DNA of 64,000 nucleotides from Patescibacteria group bacterium (GCA_041649715.1 JBAZMP010000001.1:309287-373286), one strand, 5' to 3'. Shown: positions 30,532 through 41,139, numbered from the stretch's first letter. Notes: generated from the letters alone by a model not told the origin. Translations and numbers: made by a program.

Positions 30532-32424
30532 ATGGAGGAAGGGGTAAAAAATATAAAGAGAGCAAAAGGGGCTTTTCGTTTTTTTATCTTGGCCGGCCTA
30601 GTGATTGTTTTGCCGCTTTTTGTTTTTATTTTTATCAATCAGCCGCTAAAACCCACCCTGGTCGTGATCAAGGAGGAAAGCAGGTTGAAAGTTGATTCAC
30701 CGCTGGAGATCCAGTTTGACTGGCCGGTCGCCCGCCAAGTAAATATCACCATTGAACCGGCGGTAACGGGCGAGGTGGCTTATAAGAATATGATCATCGG
30801 CCAGCATTTTTCGCGGACCGTGGTTTTTACCCCGGAGCTTAACTTTTGGCCGGACACCACCTACCAAGTGAGGGTTTCAAATGTGAAATCCGTTTTGCCG
30901 AGCTTGTTGCCGGCCCGGGAATATGTCTATACTTTTACCACGGAAAGTGTGCCGAAAATCAAATCCCTGACCCCGGAAGTTGTTGGGGAAATAAGGGCAG
31001 ACCAAGAATTCAAAATAACCCTGGATAAAAAACCGGCCAACCTGGCAGAATACGAATATCGTTTTTTGCCGGCTGTTGATTATGACACTCTGTTAAGCGA
31101 AGAGGGAAAAACCGTCACTTTAAAGCCTAAAAGCTTGCTTTCCCAGGGCCAGACTTATCAGTTATCTGTTTGGCAGAAAAAAATCCGGAATTTTTATCAG
31201 AAAAATGAGGCGGGTTTCCGGGCCGAGCCGGAAAGTATTTGGACCGGCAATTTTGCCGTCCGGGAGGCTCCCTTTCTTTCGGGCTTTTCCCCGAAAGGAG
31301 AAAATGTCGGCTTAAACGCCGAGATCACCGCGGTTTTTAACGAGCCGGTGGAAACTGCTTCTTTCAAAGAGAGCCTTTCCATCACGCCGGCTTTATCAGG
31401 CGATTGGCGGACCGAAGATCAAAAAACCTTTGTTTTGAAAGAAGCGACACTCGCCAAAGACACCGACTATAAAGTTTTGATCCGCCGGGGCTTAAAGACT
31501 CTCAAGGGCGGATATTTCACCGAAGACGCCACGCATACTTTTAAAACGATCGGCCCGGTGGAAATCGCTCGTTTTTCTCCGGCTGATGGCGCCGCCGGCG
31601 TTTCCGTCAGTCATTCTTTTTCCGTCACTTTTAACCAGGCAGTGGATAAAACATCGGCCCAAAGTCATTTTTCCCTTGAGCCGGCGGCTGCCGGAGATTT
31701 TTTGTGGTCAGGGGAGACATTGACTTTTAAGCCAAAGGCTTCCTTAGCTTTTAATACGACCTATCATCTCACGATATCCAAGGGAGTGAAAAGCTTGTCG
31801 GGTTTTGATTCGGAAGAAGACTATAAAACAAACTTTACCACCGAGCTTTCCCTGACGAAATTGGCCGTTCCCTTCCACCGGCAGGAGCATAATTTAAGCT
31901 GCGAGACCGCCACCCTGGTCATGGCCTTGGCCTACCGAGGGGTGAGCGTTTCGGAGGCCGCGATTATAGATTATATCGGCTTTGACCCCACGCCGAAATC
32001 AGGGGGCGTCTGGGGTAATCCTAACGTCGCTTTTGTCGGCGACATTGACGGCCACCAGCCTTCGACCGGCTACGGAGTCTATTGGGATCCGATCACCAGA
32101 GCCGCCGATCAATACCGGAGCGCTTATGATTTTACCGGCTGGAATATCTCCGATTTGACCGCGGAGATCAAGAAAGGCAATCCGGTGATCGTCTGGGGCA
32201 CGGCCGGTTCCGGAGCCAGGATTGACTGGAAGACGCCCGCCGGCGGCAACGTGGTGGCCGTCAGCGGCGAGCACACCCGGGTGGTTGTCGGTTTTATCGG
32301 TTCGGCCGAAAATCCGAGCAAAATCATTACTTTAGACCCGCTTTCCGGGGAAAAGTATTTTACCTTGAGCAGTTTTCTTTGGAACTGGGGGCTTTTGGGC
32401 CGAAGCGGCGTGGTGGTCGAATAG
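30532..32424 (+). CDS. TM + Ig-like (Big_5) repeats + C39-like peptidase
   Basis: Repeated F..PV / L..PxxxL...T.Y units; C-terminal QEHNLSCE, EH and DP residues. Confidence 0.75.
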   Translation: MEEGVKNIKRAKGAFRFFILAGLVIVLPLFVFIFINQPLKPTLVVIKEESRLKVDSPLEIQFDWPVARQVNITIEPAVTGEVAYKNMIIGQHFSRTVVFTPELNFWPDTTYQVRVSNVKSVLPSLLPAREYVYTFTTESVPKIKSLTPEVVGEIRADQEFKITLDKKPANLAEYEYRFLPAVDYDTLLSEEGKTVTLKPKSLLSQGQTYQLSVWQKKIRNFYQKNEAGFRAEPESIWTGNFAVREAPFLSGFSPKGENVGLNAEITAVFNEPVETASFKESLSITPALSGDWRTEDQKTFVLKEATLAKDTDYKVLIRRGLKTLKGGYFTEDATHTFKTIGPVEIARFSPADGAAGVSVSHSFSVTFNQAVDKTSAQSHFSLEPAAAGDFLWSGETLTFKPKASLAFNTTYHLTISKGVKSLSGFDSEEDYKTNFTTELSLTKLAVPFHRQEHNLSCETATLVMALAYRGVSVSEAAIIDYIGFDPTPKSGGVWGNPNVAFVGDIDGHQPSTGYGVYWDPITRAADQYRSAYDFTGWNISDLTAEIKKGNPVIVWGTAGSGARIDWKTPAGGNVVAVSGEHTRVVVGFIGSAENPSKIITLDPLSGEKYFTLSSFLWNWGLLGRSGVVVE

Positions 32425-32446
32425 GAGATTTTGTTCTATAATAAGA

Positions 32447-33421
32447 GTGATTAAATATAAACTGATGTCCCATTGTGTTCTCATTTTCGAAAAAGAAACC
32501 ATCCGGGAAGCAGGCTTGGAGGATATCCACAAGGATGATCTGATCTGGGCGGATTTTCAAGATCCGACGGAAAAGGATTTAAAATTTGTTGCCGAACTGA
32601 TCGGGACCGGCATCCCGGAGATAAAAGAATGGTTTAAGCCCTCGCAAAGGCCGACTCTGTTCCAGCAGGATGATTACTCGGCCATTTTTTTAGGTTTCCC
32701 CGTGGCTAGCAATAAATCTATCCACGCTCATCCTTTGTTAATATTTGTTTCTAAAGACCGGAACGATATCATAACCCTGCATCGCGGCCCGTGCCTGGCT
32801 CTTGAAAAAGTCCATTCCTACAATGAATTGCGTAATTTGCGGGTTTTTAAGGGCGGTATTACTAACGTGCTTTTAGCCATCCTGGAAGAAGTGGTGGACA
32901 GTTTTTTTGATAACGTGGAAAAGATCAGCGACGATTTGGAAAATATTGAAGGCCATATGTTTGACTATAAAAACAGCCGGAACGTGATGAACCTAACTTT
33001 TACAGTAAAAAAAAGCCTGATCTATCTGAACCGGGCCCTGATCGCTGACCGCGAGGTCGTCATGGGGATAGAAAGGCAGTATGTAAAATTTTTCGACGAG
33101 GAACGACTAGGGGATTTCCGCGATCTATCCCTGAAGATCGTCCAGCTGATCGAAATGATGACCACCTACCGGGATATCATCACTTCGACCATTGAGATTC
33201 ATCTCTCGGCCATTTCCAATAACCTGAACGTGACCATGAAGAAAGTCACCTCCTGGGGCGCTCTAATCTTGGTGCCCAGTCTGATCGCCGGTATTTTTGG
33301 CATGAATTTCGAATACATCCCCATTTTGCATGAAAGAACTGGTTTCTATATATCCATAATATTAATGGTGTCATCGGTATATGTTCTGGCGCGGTATTTT
33401 CAAAAGAAAGACTGGCTGTAA
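32447..33421 (+). CDS. corA: CorA-family Mg2+ transporter
   Basis: LN.TMKK.T..GIFGMNF..IP plus two C-terminal TM helices. Confidence 0.88.
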   Translation: MIKYKLMSHCVLIFEKETIREAGLEDIHKDDLIWADFQDPTEKDLKFVAELIGTGIPEIKEWFKPSQRPTLFQQDDYSAIFLGFPVASNKSIHAHPLLIFVSKDRNDIITLHRGPCLALEKVHSYNELRNLRVFKGGITNVLLAILEEVVDSFFDNVEKISDDLENIEGHMFDYKNSRNVMNLTFTVKKSLIYLNRALIADREVVMGIERQYVKFFDEERLGDFRDLSLKIVQLIEMMTTYRDIITSTIEIHLSAISNNLNVTMKKVTSWGALILVPSLIAGIFGMNFEYIPILHERTGFYISIILMVSSVYVLARYFQKKDWL

Positions 33422-33426
33422 AAAAA

Positions 33427-34230
33427 ATGAAGAAGAAAATAATAATATTGTTATTAATCCTAACACTCGCCTGTCTTTTTTATTTCGGCCGGCACCAGAT
33501 CGCGGAATTATGGGAGAATTTCGTGGCCGAACCCCTGCCAGAACCGACTCCTCTGGAAAATATCAATACAAGGATAAATCAAAATACTAACGCAGCGGTC
33601 AATCAGAATCAAAATATTAACTTGTCGGTGAATAATAACCTTAACGCCGCGCCGCCCGTTTTACCGTCTGAATTCAATCTAGTCGTGCCTTTTACCACTC
33701 AGTCGCCGTTTGCGGAATGGACCGAGCAGGATAACGAATCCTGCGAAGAAGCGGCGATTTTGACCGTCCATTATTACTGGCAAAAAAAGACTTTTACCAA
33801 ACAAATTGCCAAAGAGGAGCTGCAAAAGATTGTGGATTATGAAATGGCGCATCTGGGTTTTTACAAAGATACGGATGCGGAAGAAACGGCCCAGTTGGCC
33901 AAGGATATGTGGGGCTACAAGCGCGTGGACGTGGTTTGGGATCCGACGCTTGAGGATATAAAACAGCAGGTCTATGCCGGCCGACCGGTGATCTTGCCGA
34001 CCGCGGGAAGAGAGTTAAAAAACCCGAATTTCAAAACGCCGGGGCCCATATACCACATGGTGGTGGTGCGCGGCTGGACCAAGGGTATGATCATTACCAA
34101 TGATCCGGGCACGCGCAAAGGTGAAAATTACCAATATTCCCCTGATATTTTAATGAATGCGGTGCATGACTGGAACGACGGGGATATAATGAATGGAAAA
34201 AAGGCGATGATTGTGATTTATCCGAATTAA
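33427..34230 (+). CDS. TM + Asn-rich stalk + C39-like cysteine peptidase
   Basis: VPFTTQSP, CEEAA, YHMVVVRG, TNDPGT. Confidence 0.75.
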   Translation: MKKKIIILLLILTLACLFYFGRHQIAELWENFVAEPLPEPTPLENINTRINQNTNAAVNQNQNINLSVNNNLNAAPPVLPSEFNLVVPFTTQSPFAEWTEQDNESCEEAAILTVHYYWQKKTFTKQIAKEELQKIVDYEMAHLGFYKDTDAEETAQLAKDMWGYKRVDVVWDPTLEDIKQQVYAGRPVILPTAGRELKNPNFKTPGPIYHMVVVRGWTKGMIITNDPGTRKGENYQYSPDILMNAVHDWNDGDIMNGKKAMIVIYPN

Positions 34231-34248
34231 TCTTTAATATCCTCAATT

Positions 34249-34701
34249 ATGCCGGAGAAAGAAAGAGATTTCTTAGTCCGTAAGCCGATTAGAGTGAGTA
34301 TCATTATGAATGTTGATGTAAGTGATTGGGCCCTTAAAGACAAGCTGCCCGAAGGCTATATATGCGGTGGTGGCGTATTTAGTTTTCCCGCCGGGTATCG
34401 GGAATCCTACATTGTCAATGGAAAAGAATATAATTGTGAGGGTAATTTGAGCTTAGAGGAGCAAAGGGCTGATATTACACATGACCTGACGGAAGGAGGC
34501 TTTTCTCTTCAGGAAGCGGAAGAGTATATGGTCAATCTTAAGACCGTAGAATGGTCAGTCAGCTATTTGAATTACGATGCTTCGCAAAAGTGGCTGGAAC
34601 TACATCCGGAATTTGAAGATGAAGCCATGAAAATCTTAAAAGAAGCTATCAATGAGCTTAAAGCGGAAGGAAATGAACAAGGGAGACGGGTCAGAAGGTG
34701 A
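34249..34701 (+). CDS. Hypothetical protein flanked by a 26-bp direct repeat
   Basis: Uninterrupted ORF; repeats at 34201-34226 and 34695-34720. Confidence 0.6.
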   Translation: MPEKERDFLVRKPIRVSIIMNVDVSDWALKDKLPEGYICGGGVFSFPAGYRESYIVNGKEYNCEGNLSLEEQRADITHDLTEGGFSLQEAEEYMVNLKTVEWSVSYLNYDASQKWLELHPEFEDEAMKILKEAINELKAEGNEQGRRVRR

Positions 34702-34726
34702 TGCTTGTGATTTATCCGAACGATTG

Positions 34727-34866
34727 AAATAAATTCCAATATCCAAATTCAAAACACGCCCCAGAGGCGTTTTTTTGTATTAAAAAAATGGATCGTTAGA
34801 GTTTTGGATTTCGAATTTGGAATTTGGGTATTGTTTGGAACTTGGAATTTGTGATTTGGTATTTAG
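34727..34866. repeat. Two-armed heptamer palindrome enclosing a terminator hairpin
   Basis: AAATTCC/AATATCC arm, ACGCC..GGCGT-T run, GGATTT/GGAATTT arm. Confidence 0.7.
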
Positions 34867-35002
34867 CGGCTAAATAGCGGCACAGTCAAGAATAGGGGAT
34901 AACCTTCCCTTTAAAATTTGACTCTCAAAAAGGGCGATGATATAATGTGGATAAGTATGTAATTGCATACTTTTCATACTTAATAAAATCAAGCAAAAAA
35001 CC

Positions 35003-35356
35003 ATGAAAAAAATCGCTTTAATCGCCACAATGGCTATCGCTTGCGTCTTGCCTCTTGCCGTTTTGGCCCAAACGCCGCTTTCTATTGAGAATGTCGGCAG
35101 TACCCTGGGTCTTGGCACGGCTGATCTCAAGGCCAGCGTTTTAAACATCCTCCAGTGGGTCCTGGGTCTGCTTGGCTTAATCGCGGTGATTATGATCATT
35201 ATCGGCGGCATAACACTGCTGGTGCCGACGAGCGCCGAAGCGGGAGAGAAAGCGAAAAAGATAATTACGGGGGCGGTCATCGGTTTGGTCGTTATCTTGC
35301 TCGCCTGGGCCATTATTATCTTTGTCATCAACACGACCACTAACGTGACGGTTTAA
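35003..35356 (+). CDS. TrbC/VirB2-family pilin-like protein
   Basis: Signal peptide, I.NIL..VLG..G.IAVIMIIIGG and AKKII.GAVIGLVVILLAWAI. Confidence 0.8.
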   Translation: MKKIALIATMAIACVLPLAVLAQTPLSIENVGSTLGLGTADLKASVLNILQWVLGLLGLIAVIMIIIGGITLLVPTSAEAGEKAKKIITGAVIGLVVILLAWAIIIFVINTTTNVTV

Positions 35357-35372
35357 AAATTAATATAAATAT

Positions 35373-35627
35373 ATGGTATCGACTAAGCAGCCGGAAATCT
35401 TCGGCACCGTGACCGTCGGAGAGCGCGGCCAGATCGTCATCCCCGCCCATCTGCGCGAGAAACTGCGCCTGAAAAAAGGCGACCAGCTGATGGTTTTCTG
35501 CCATTTAAACCAGATAATCGGTCTGGTCCGCTCAAATGAGATGTACGAATTTTTGAACCGGATCACCAACCGGATGGTCAAACAGGTGGATAAATTTAAA
35601 GAAGCCATTAAAAAACAGGGATTATAA
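35373..35627 (+). CDS. AbrB/MazE/SpoVT-family DNA-binding protein
   Basis: VTVGERGQIVIPA.LRE.L.LK.GD. Confidence 0.88.
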   Translation: MVSTKQPEIFGTVTVGERGQIVIPAHLREKLRLKKGDQLMVFCHLNQIIGLVRSNEMYEFLNRITNRMVKQVDKFKEAIKKQGL

Positions 35628-35630
35628 CGA

Positions 35631-36440
35631 ATGGAAAATATCATCGAAGTCAAGAATCTAACCAAAAAATTCAAGGATCTGACCGCCGTGGATAGCATCT
35701 CTTTTAACGTCAAAAAGGGGGAGGTCTTCGGTTTTTTAGGGCCGAATGGGGCCGGTAAATCCACGACCATCCGGATGCTGACCACCTTGATGCGGCCGAC
35801 TTCCGGCCAGGCGACCGTGGCCGGACACGACGTTTCCAGCCAGCCGGATCTGGTGCGCGAGCACATCGGTTTAGTGGCGGAAAAAATCATCCTCTATGAT
35901 CGGCTGACGGCAATGGAAAATCTGATGTTTTTCGGTAACCTTTATCATTTACCAAAAAATGTCATTAAAGAAAGAGCGGCTAAGTGGCTGAAAGCCCTGG
36001 ATATGGATAAATGGGAAAAAAAGCAGACCGGTACTTTTTCCACGGGCATGAAGCAAAGAGTGAATATCGTCCGGGCCCTTTTGACCGAGCCGGAAGTGAT
36101 GTTTCTGGATGAGCCGACTTTGGGCCTGGATCCGCAGACGTCCCGCTCCATCCGGGATTTTATTAAAGATTTGCATGCCCACGGGGTGACGGTTATTTTG
36201 ACCACCCATATTATGCCCGAAGCGGACGAACTTTCCGATACCATTGCGATTATTGACCGCGGCCGGATTATCGCCTTAGACACTCCTTCTGACCTAAAAG
36301 CTCGCTGTAATAAGCCGAATGCTACCCTGGAAGACGTTTTTCTTTCTTTGACCGGCCGGGTCATGCGCGAGGAAACCCATAATAATATACCTTCGGCCCG
36401 AGGCCGCCATTTCATGGGTGGCCGGTCCCGGATCAGATAA
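35631..36440 (+). CDS. ABC exporter ATP-binding subunit (DrrA-like)
   Basis: GPNGAGKST, FSTGMKQR, LDEPT, TTH. Confidence 0.9.
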   Translation: MENIIEVKNLTKKFKDLTAVDSISFNVKKGEVFGFLGPNGAGKSTTIRMLTTLMRPTSGQATVAGHDVSSQPDLVREHIGLVAEKIILYDRLTAMENLMFFGNLYHLPKNVIKERAAKWLKALDMDKWEKKQTGTFSTGMKQRVNIVRALLTEPEVMFLDEPTLGLDPQTSRSIRDFIKDLHAHGVTVILTTHIMPEADELSDTIAIIDRGRIIALDTPSDLKARCNKPNATLEDVFLSLTGRVMREETHNNIPSARGRHFMGGRSRIR

Positions 36441-36458
36441 TTAACTCCTTATATTAAT

Positions 36459-37670
36459 ATGAAAAAGTTCGGACAAATTTTCATTGACAGCTTCCGGATG
36501 GCCCGCAAAGACCTGCTGGATTTTTCCCGCGACCGGATGCAGCTGGTTTTTTTCATGATCATGCCCGTTTTTATGATGATCATGACGGGTTTTATTTTTC
36601 CCTCGCAAAGCTCTTTGAAGGATATCTCTCTGGGCCTGGCCAATCAGGACAAGGGACAGATGGGGGTAATCCTGACCAAAGTGCTGACCGAGATGAAGAC
36701 TTCAAGCGGCGCCGCGATCTTTAAGATTAAGACATATGCCGATGTGGACGGCCTGAAGCAGGGGATCCGGGCCCAAGCCATAAATGGCGGCGTCTTTATC
36801 GGTTCTGATTTTTCAAGTCTCGTCCAGAACAATCAGCAAGCCACGGTTTCCCTCGTTCCGGATCAATCAAATCCACAAATTTCCCAGATTCTCACCCAGA
36901 TCTTGGAGCGGGTTATTGCCGGTACGGGGAATAGCGTCGCCCAGGCCAAGGTGGGCGAAATGTTAAAACTGACCGCCACCGCCAATCCGAGCCTGTCGCA
37001 GGTTGACCCGGAAGCCATCATTAGTCCGATCCAAACCACTTTGGATAATTTGATTCCCGGCGAGACGAATTATTTTCAGTTTATCGCCCCGGGGATAATG
37101 GCCTTGATCGTGATGATGTCGGTGATGGCGGGCTTAGCCGCTTCCGTGTCCCGGGAACGGGAATCTGGCACTCTGGACGGTTTGCTCATCGCGCCGGTTT
37201 CGCGGCTTTCCATAATCTTGGGCAAATCACTTTCTCAAACCGTCCGCGGCATGGTCCAGGGTCTGGTGGTTCTGTTTTTGGCCATTCTTATCTTTGGCGT
37301 GCACGTCTACGGCAACTGGCTGATCATGATTTTACTGATGTTCCTTGGGGTGTTTGCTTTCATGGGTGTTGGCATCCTTGTTTCCGCGATGGCCACCGCC
37401 CAGGAAACGGCCATGACCATCATGATGACCCTGCAGTTTCCCATGATGTTCTTATCCGGCACTTTTTTCCCGATTCAGCAGATGCCTCACTTCATGCAAT
37501 ATATTTCGAAAGTGATACCGCTAACTTATGAATCTACGGCCCTGCGCAAGGTCATTGTCCTAAGCGCGGGATTTAGCGCCGTCTGGACCGAGATAGTAAT
37601 ACTTTTTGTTTTCGGGGCGGTGATGCTGGCGATTGCCGTGCCGATGTTTCGGAGGATGGTGACAAGGTAA
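36459..37670 (+). CDS. ABC-2 type permease
   Basis: N-terminal TM, extracellular loop, ERESGTL, FLSGTFFP, multiple TM helices. Confidence 0.9.
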   Translation: MKKFGQIFIDSFRMARKDLLDFSRDRMQLVFFMIMPVFMMIMTGFIFPSQSSLKDISLGLANQDKGQMGVILTKVLTEMKTSSGAAIFKIKTYADVDGLKQGIRAQAINGGVFIGSDFSSLVQNNQQATVSLVPDQSNPQISQILTQILERVIAGTGNSVAQAKVGEMLKLTATANPSLSQVDPEAIISPIQTTLDNLIPGETNYFQFIAPGIMALIVMMSVMAGLAASVSRERESGTLDGLLIAPVSRLSIILGKSLSQTVRGMVQGLVVLFLAILIFGVHVYGNWLIMILLMFLGVFAFMGVGILVSAMATAQETAMTIMMTLQFPMMFLSGTFFPIQQMPHFMQYISKVIPLTYESTALRKVIVLSAGFSAVWTEIVILFVFGAVMLAIAVPMFRRMVTR

Positions 37671-37671
37671 A

Positions 37672-37843
37672 CAAACTAAATTCTAAATCCGAAATCCTAA
37701 ATTCTAAACAAATCATAATATCTAAATCACAAATTCGAAACCCCATTAGAAATTCTATTTTTAAATAGGAAACCGGTTTGGGACATTGGAAAATTATTGC
37801 TTCGAATTTGTTTAGGATTTAGAAATTGAGATTTGGAATTTTA
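37672..37843. repeat. Two-armed heptamer palindrome element
   Basis: Shares AAACCGGTTTGG.ACATTGGAAAATTA..GCTTCGAATTTGTTT.GGATTTAG with 14502-14667. Confidence 0.75.
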
Positions 37844-37928
37844 TCCTTGATATTAATTAGAAAAAAGGGGGAGATAATGGAATTTTGCTCTTTTTTTTGG
37901 TATACTTAAAAGGAAAGGAATAAAAATT

Positions 37929-40199
37929 ATGGATAATGAATCAATTAAGCCCAAGCCTCCGGTTAAAAAGGCCAATTTTACCATTTGGATCGTTTTGGGA
38001 GCGATCATAGTCATTGTTTTAGCTTTTGGCGGTTATTATCTGTACAGCCAAAGAGCCGGCAACAAAAATACCAATACAGTCAGCCAAACGAATATCAATG
38101 CCAATATCAACGAGAGCGAGAATCTGAATAATAATCTGAACTTGAATGTCAATCAGGCGGTTAACGGCAATACCAATACCTCGGTGGCCAAAACCGGCTG
38201 GCAGCTTATTACCTATCAGCGGGCGGACCACGGTTTCACTTTCCAGCTACCGGAAAATTGGACGACCTGGGGCGGCTGGAACGGCTTTCGCGAAACAGAC
38301 CCTTTGGCTGGCGCTCATTTGGCGGATAATGACAAATATCTGGACTTGACTCTCAATTATTTTGTAAATACCGAGCCGTCTTTTGAAACCTGGCTGGCGA
38401 AACGCAAAGAAGCCATAAGCAAGGACGAAACGATTATCAATGAACAGATAAAAACGATTAACGGCTCTGAGGCGGCCGTAATAGACACCCAATACGATTA
38501 TGTCATTAGCGGAGGCGGAATATATTTAAAAGTCTACGCTTTCGTACCGCGCGGCGATAAGATTTATAAACTTGAAGCAAGTGGGAAAAAGGATTTTTTT
38601 GAAAGCCAAAGCCAAGGTGTTGACGGAATAATTGAGTCTTTTAAATTTATCGACGTAAAACCAATCGCAGAGATCAATACAATTTCTTACGGGCAGAAGA
38701 TATCCTCAAACCTTGCCTATAACCTTGAAGTTGATTGGCTGGCCGAACCCTTGAGTATCAATATGAAAGAACCTTCCCTGTTAAAATCCGATAGCGGCGT
38801 TATGAACCGGGATTACTATCAAGTCGGAACGATCACTAACGGCCGCTATAAAGACAAGAAGCTGCTCGATATTTTTGAAACACCGGATGGGCCGGCTTTT
38901 TATCCTGACTTGTATCGGGTGGTATACGACGAGGAGAGTCGGACATTCACGTATCTGGAAAAACTTTCGGCCACCCTTTCCGATTACGTCAAGGAGAATT
39001 TTGCTTACGACACGGGTTCCACAATCAGCTCTTTGTCTGGAATGCCCGCCGAAATTTCCATTCCTGATTCACAGATAAAACTGGCGGCCGAAGCTTATTC
39101 TTTAAACGGACGCTTTTCCTCCTATGAAAATTTAGAGCTATTATTTACGGATACGACAGCGGGAAAAGTATATTTTGACTCGGTGAAAAAATGTTTTCTG
39201 ATCGAGACACCAGACAGTTTGGTCAAGCTCTATTATCTTAAACTGGACTTTGTCAGCAATTTCACGCCGCCGGAATATTCTTCATCCACGATTTCTCTCA
39301 TCCCAGCGGTTACTTGGACGGATGGCAGCAAAGTGACGAAAGAATACACGTACAGTGAGCCCACCGGCTGTGGGTCAAGCTATTGTCAGTCATTGTTTAC
39401 CGCCGAAGAACTCGGCGGGGCTGACGTGCTCCAAGTCGCCGGCAAGACATCGGCCGGAGATAACGTCTATGAATATAAGGATAAAAACGCCCAATTGCTG
39501 CAGGATACCTACAAAGAATACGGAGTGCCATATCAGGGCGAAAAGGTCGGTTACGAGCAATTTATAAGCGGTCACCCGGTTTTTTACTGGCCGGACCCGT
39601 TTGGCCGATATTTGCGGTTTAAGAAGTCTGAATTTTTGCCCATGGTTGAGTGTGCAAAACCCGTGATCTATCTTTATCCGGAAAAAACGGAAAAAATAAG
39701 GGTGGAAGTGGCGCCGAACGGCGGTTTCTCTGAAACGATCCCGACCTATCCAGATGACGGTTGGCTGGTAACGGCTTCTCCGGCCGGCGAGCTATTAGCC
39801 GAAGATGGCGGAATATACCCATATCTTTTCTGGGAAGGTTTTGGCTTCAACTACAAAATTCCGGACAGAGGTTTTATCGTGGCTAAAAAAGATGTCGGTG
39901 TTTTCCTCTCGGAAAAATTAATAGCCTTGGGCTTGAATGAAAAAGAGGTCGGCGAGTTCAAGGATTTCTGGCTGCCCAAGATGTCAGAAAAACCCTATTA
40001 TTTTATCACTTTCGTCGATCAGAATGTCTTTAACGAACTTGCGCCCTTGAAAGTGACGCCGCAACCCGACCGGATCATCCGGGTTTTTATGGATTATAAA
40101 CCATTGGACGCCCCGATAAGCGTGGAGCCTCTGGAGATTTCGACGCCGGAAAGATCCGGTTTCACCGTGGTGGAGTGGGGCGGTGCCCTGCACCGATAA
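37929..40199 (+). CDS. Single-TM surface protein: Asn stalk, PsbP-like domain, C-terminal KPVIYLYP domain
   Basis: GFTFQLPENW; KPVIYLYP, YPYLFWEG, R.GFTVVEWGG. Confidence 0.7.
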   Translation: MDNESIKPKPPVKKANFTIWIVLGAIIVIVLAFGGYYLYSQRAGNKNTNTVSQTNINANINESENLNNNLNLNVNQAVNGNTNTSVAKTGWQLITYQRADHGFTFQLPENWTTWGGWNGFRETDPLAGAHLADNDKYLDLTLNYFVNTEPSFETWLAKRKEAISKDETIINEQIKTINGSEAAVIDTQYDYVISGGGIYLKVYAFVPRGDKIYKLEASGKKDFFESQSQGVDGIIESFKFIDVKPIAEINTISYGQKISSNLAYNLEVDWLAEPLSINMKEPSLLKSDSGVMNRDYYQVGTITNGRYKDKKLLDIFETPDGPAFYPDLYRVVYDEESRTFTYLEKLSATLSDYVKENFAYDTGSTISSLSGMPAEISIPDSQIKLAAEAYSLNGRFSSYENLELLFTDTTAGKVYFDSVKKCFLIETPDSLVKLYYLKLDFVSNFTPPEYSSSTISLIPAVTWTDGSKVTKEYTYSEPTGCGSSYCQSLFTAEELGGADVLQVAGKTSAGDNVYEYKDKNAQLLQDTYKEYGVPYQGEKVGYEQFISGHPVFYWPDPFGRYLRFKKSEFLPMVECAKPVIYLYPEKTEKIRVEVAPNGGFSETIPTYPDDGWLVTASPAGELLAEDGGIYPYLFWEGFGFNYKIPDRGFIVAKKDVGVFLSEKLIALGLNEKEVGEFKDFWLPKMSEKPYYFITFVDQNVFNELAPLKVTPQPDRIIRVFMDYKPLDAPISVEPLEISTPERSGFTVVEWGGALHR

Positions 40200-40200
40200 A

Positions 40201-41067
40201 ATGAAAAAGTTCTGGCCGATAATACTGCTCGCGCTTTTTTTGAGTGGCTGCGGAAAATGCGTTTCGGTTAACAGAGTCGGTCCGGTAAGCGGTGATGGCA
40301 TTACGCACCGTTCATTTTTGCTGGACCGGGATTTTTTCAGCCGCGCTTACTATTCGGGCCGCGCCACTACGGTCAAGGAAAAAGTAACCGCCGGCATTAT
40401 TCCGCATCATTTGCTGGCCGCCTATTTAATCGGAGATTTTTTTAGAGGTTTGCAAGCTTATAATCAACCTTCCACGGTTGTTTTAATCGGCCCTAACCAT
40501 GCGAATTTCGGCCGGAGCCAGATTATTTCCTCACAAGGCTTCTGGCGGACGCCCTATGGCTATTTGGACCCGGATTTTAGGATCATAAACGCTCTGGTCA
40601 AAAAAGATATCGTAACGGTGGAAGAAGGGGTTTTTATCTCGGAACACTCTATTTCCGCGGAGGTGGCCTTCATAAAAAAGAGTTTTCCGCGGGCAAAAAT
40701 TGTGCCGATAATATTAAAGAACAGCACGTCCGAGCAAAAAGCCGAGCAGCTGGCGGCCGCCTTATCAAAAATATTGCCGCGCGACGCTTTAGTGGTTGCC
40801 AGTCTGGATTTTTCCCATTACGTCAGTCCGGCCGAAGCCAGGCGACAAAACAAGGTTAATATAGAGATTTTAAAAAGAAACGACCCGGCGGAAGTGGCCG
40901 ACATGTTCGTCGATTCCCGCCCGACTGCCCAGACTTTAATGTATTATTTGAAAGAAAAAGGATTCCATAAGCCTTTGATCTTATCCGATTCTAATACCGC
41001 CGAAGTGATCGGTAATCCCGATCTTGCCGAGGTAACGAGTTATATCACGGCTTATTACTACCGATGA
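40201..41067 (+). CDS. MEMO1-family (AmmeMemoRadiSam protein B-like) lipoprotein
   Basis: LSGC lipobox; PHH, GPNH, EHSI, SLDFSHY. Confidence 0.8.
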   Translation: MKKFWPIILLALFLSGCGKCVSVNRVGPVSGDGITHRSFLLDRDFFSRAYYSGRATTVKEKVTAGIIPHHLLAAYLIGDFFRGLQAYNQPSTVVLIGPNHANFGRSQIISSQGFWRTPYGYLDPDFRIINALVKKDIVTVEEGVFISEHSISAEVAFIKKSFPRAKIVPIILKNSTSEQKAEQLAAALSKILPRDALVVASLDFSHYVSPAEARRQNKVNIEILKRNDPAEVADMFVDSRPTAQTLMYYLKEKGFHKPLILSDSNTAEVIGNPDLAEVTSYITAYYYR

Positions 41068-41092
41068 TGAATTAAAGCAGGGGAAATGGCTA

Positions 41093-41119
41093 TTAGCACT
41101 CTTGACCCGAGAGTGCTAA
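41093..41119 (+). promoter_or_regulatory. CIRCE operator (HrcA binding site) overlapping the -35 box
   Basis: Perfect TTAGCACTC-N9-GAGTGCTAA; TTGACC in its spacer and TATAAT at 41126-41131. Confidence 0.95.
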
Positions 41120-41139
41120 TTAAGATATAATAGTATTGT

